A DNA stretch of 64,000 nt from Penicillus capitatus. Its lineage: Eukaryota > Plantae > Chlorophyta. A model generated the notes under the pieces. The model was not told the origin of the DNA. It saw only the letters and a program-made list of their open reading frames with translations, and made no database searches. Shown here piece by piece: positions 62,768 through 64,000 of this stretch (within the stretch, counting starts at the first letter, position 1; the number at the start of each line of letters is the position of its first letter). The stretch spans positions 310,001 to 374,000 of the forward strand of contig OZ287695.1 in the NCBI GenBank assembly GCA_965649825.1. Reading direction: 5' to 3'. The position numbers were made by a program, and so were the translations under genes.

Positions 62768-64000
62768 TCATGGCTTCAGCAGATCCTGGAGTTCTGTTTT
62801 AGTTTGTTCCGTACACACATCGACGTGTGTACAGATAACGTCGTACGGTTTCTTGCCGTCGTCATTTTCGATTGTCTTGAGTTTCGTTCCCATCGAAGTA
62901 TACACTAACGCCTACCGACACAGTTGTTATCGATCACGCCACCGAGTCAAGAACGCGGCTCACCTCGACCGACTCAATTTTTCCAAAGGATGCACCATAG
63001 TGCATCGCTGTGCTTCCCCCATTGTCCTTGGCGTCAACGATTGCACCGCTGTCCAGGAGAGTCTAAGGAAAACATCAATGCGGACTCTCCGAGTGCACGT
63101 CTTACTTCAATGATGTCTTCATTTCCTCGGGTTGTGGCATACATGAGAGGCGTCGTATCGTGTGGCGCCAGCCTATACTCAACATTGGCTCCACGTTTTA
63201 GCAGGAACTACAAAGTTCCACTGGATTAGAGAACGCAGAGGCTGTCACTGACAGACTTTGAGTGCTTTTCTGGAAATCTGATCTATTGCCTCGTAGAGAG
63301 CAGTTTCCCCAGCTCCATCCGGTTGGTCGATTTGCGCTCCGTTATCGAGAAGAAGCTTCGAACAGAGACAGATGGTCAGGGGAGGAGGACTGGCAGCAAC
63401 ACTGGCCTACTTCGACGATGTCCACATTATTGTTTCGTGTTGCTATGTGAAGGGCTGTATCTCCCGTCTGGGTTGGTTTCGTCGGATCGGCGCCGTTTTG
63501 CAGGAGAAACTGCACGTCACGTCTTCAATGACAACGAGTTGGCTCAGCTGTTTGGACTTACCTTCACAATGGCAGAGCTGTCGTCTTTGACGGCAACGTG
63601 AAGCACGTTCATTCCTCTGCGGTTCAAAGCAGATGTGTCCGCTCCTTTGTTGACGAGAACCTTCAAAGCACCCATTCATCAGAAGCATCGAAACAGATAC
63701 CGCCCTGACTTTGACAATCTCTGTGTATTCGTATTTGACTGCTGCATGAAGAGCAGTGTCAGCTGTTCTGTCGGCGATGTTGACATCTGCTCCGGCATCG
63801 ATGAATGCCTGCGGGCGAACAGCCTTCCGATAGGAAACTCAAGATAACAGTACAGGTATTACCTTTACAATCTCCAGATTGTTGTTCTCGACGGCAACGT
63901 GGATTGCTGACTTGTGATCGGCGTCAAAAGTGTCAACGTTGGCGTGGGCTGCAATGAGAATCTTCGAAGAGCAAGTGCATTAGAGCGAATGGCAGCTGAA
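62768..64000 (-). CDS. 3' part of an ankyrin-repeat gene with one repeat per exon (same family C-cap); 5' end outside the window
   Basis: Phase-0 exons of 99-102 bp, e.g. 63062-62964 TLLDSGAIVDAKDNGGSTAMHYGASFGKIESVE; last exon ...KKPYDVICTHVDVCTEQTKTELQDLLKP*. Confidence 0.8.

Noticed and set aside
1-64000. Prokaryotic operon or antiphage (Avs-like) island
   Set aside because: Spliceosomal introns and eukaryote-specific genes (MYB, IES6, MOG1, OSBP) occur throughout.
1-64000. rRNA, tRNA or intact transposable elements
   Set aside because: No recognisable RNA-gene sequence and no RT, integrase or transposase motifs found by eye.

Overview
Eukaryotic nuclear DNA in the standard genetic code, with many ~43-55 bp GT-AG introns. 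A plastid-type ATP/ADP translocase and plant/green-alga-like genes suggest an alga; the taxon cannot be fixed from sequence alone. A compact core of housekeeping genes (~15.5-37.6 kb: NTT, USP, METTL21-like, IES6, NOX5/RBOH, RPAP1, R2R3-MYB, OSBP/ORP, MOG1, RWD-RING) is flanked by dynamic regions where two gene families recur. (1) NLR-like STAND genes: an unrecognised ~500-aa N-terminal domain, a NACHT domain and 37-aa HEAT repeats. Two are intact (~15 and ~26 repeats) and one is a pseudogene. (2) Genes that splice, by manual reconstruction, into signal peptide + trypsin-like protease + linker + ankyrin repeats, with one repeat per exon. Three are intact, one is a relic, and one related ANK 3' end runs off the window. 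Every NLR-like locus has a trypsin-ankyrin neighbour. The best candidate for an undescribed system is this pairing of repeat-variable NACHT-HEAT receptors with trypsin-ankyrin fusion proteases, possibly an algal innate-immunity or allorecognition cluster (inference). All gene models and domain names come from manual motif reading; no database search was run.
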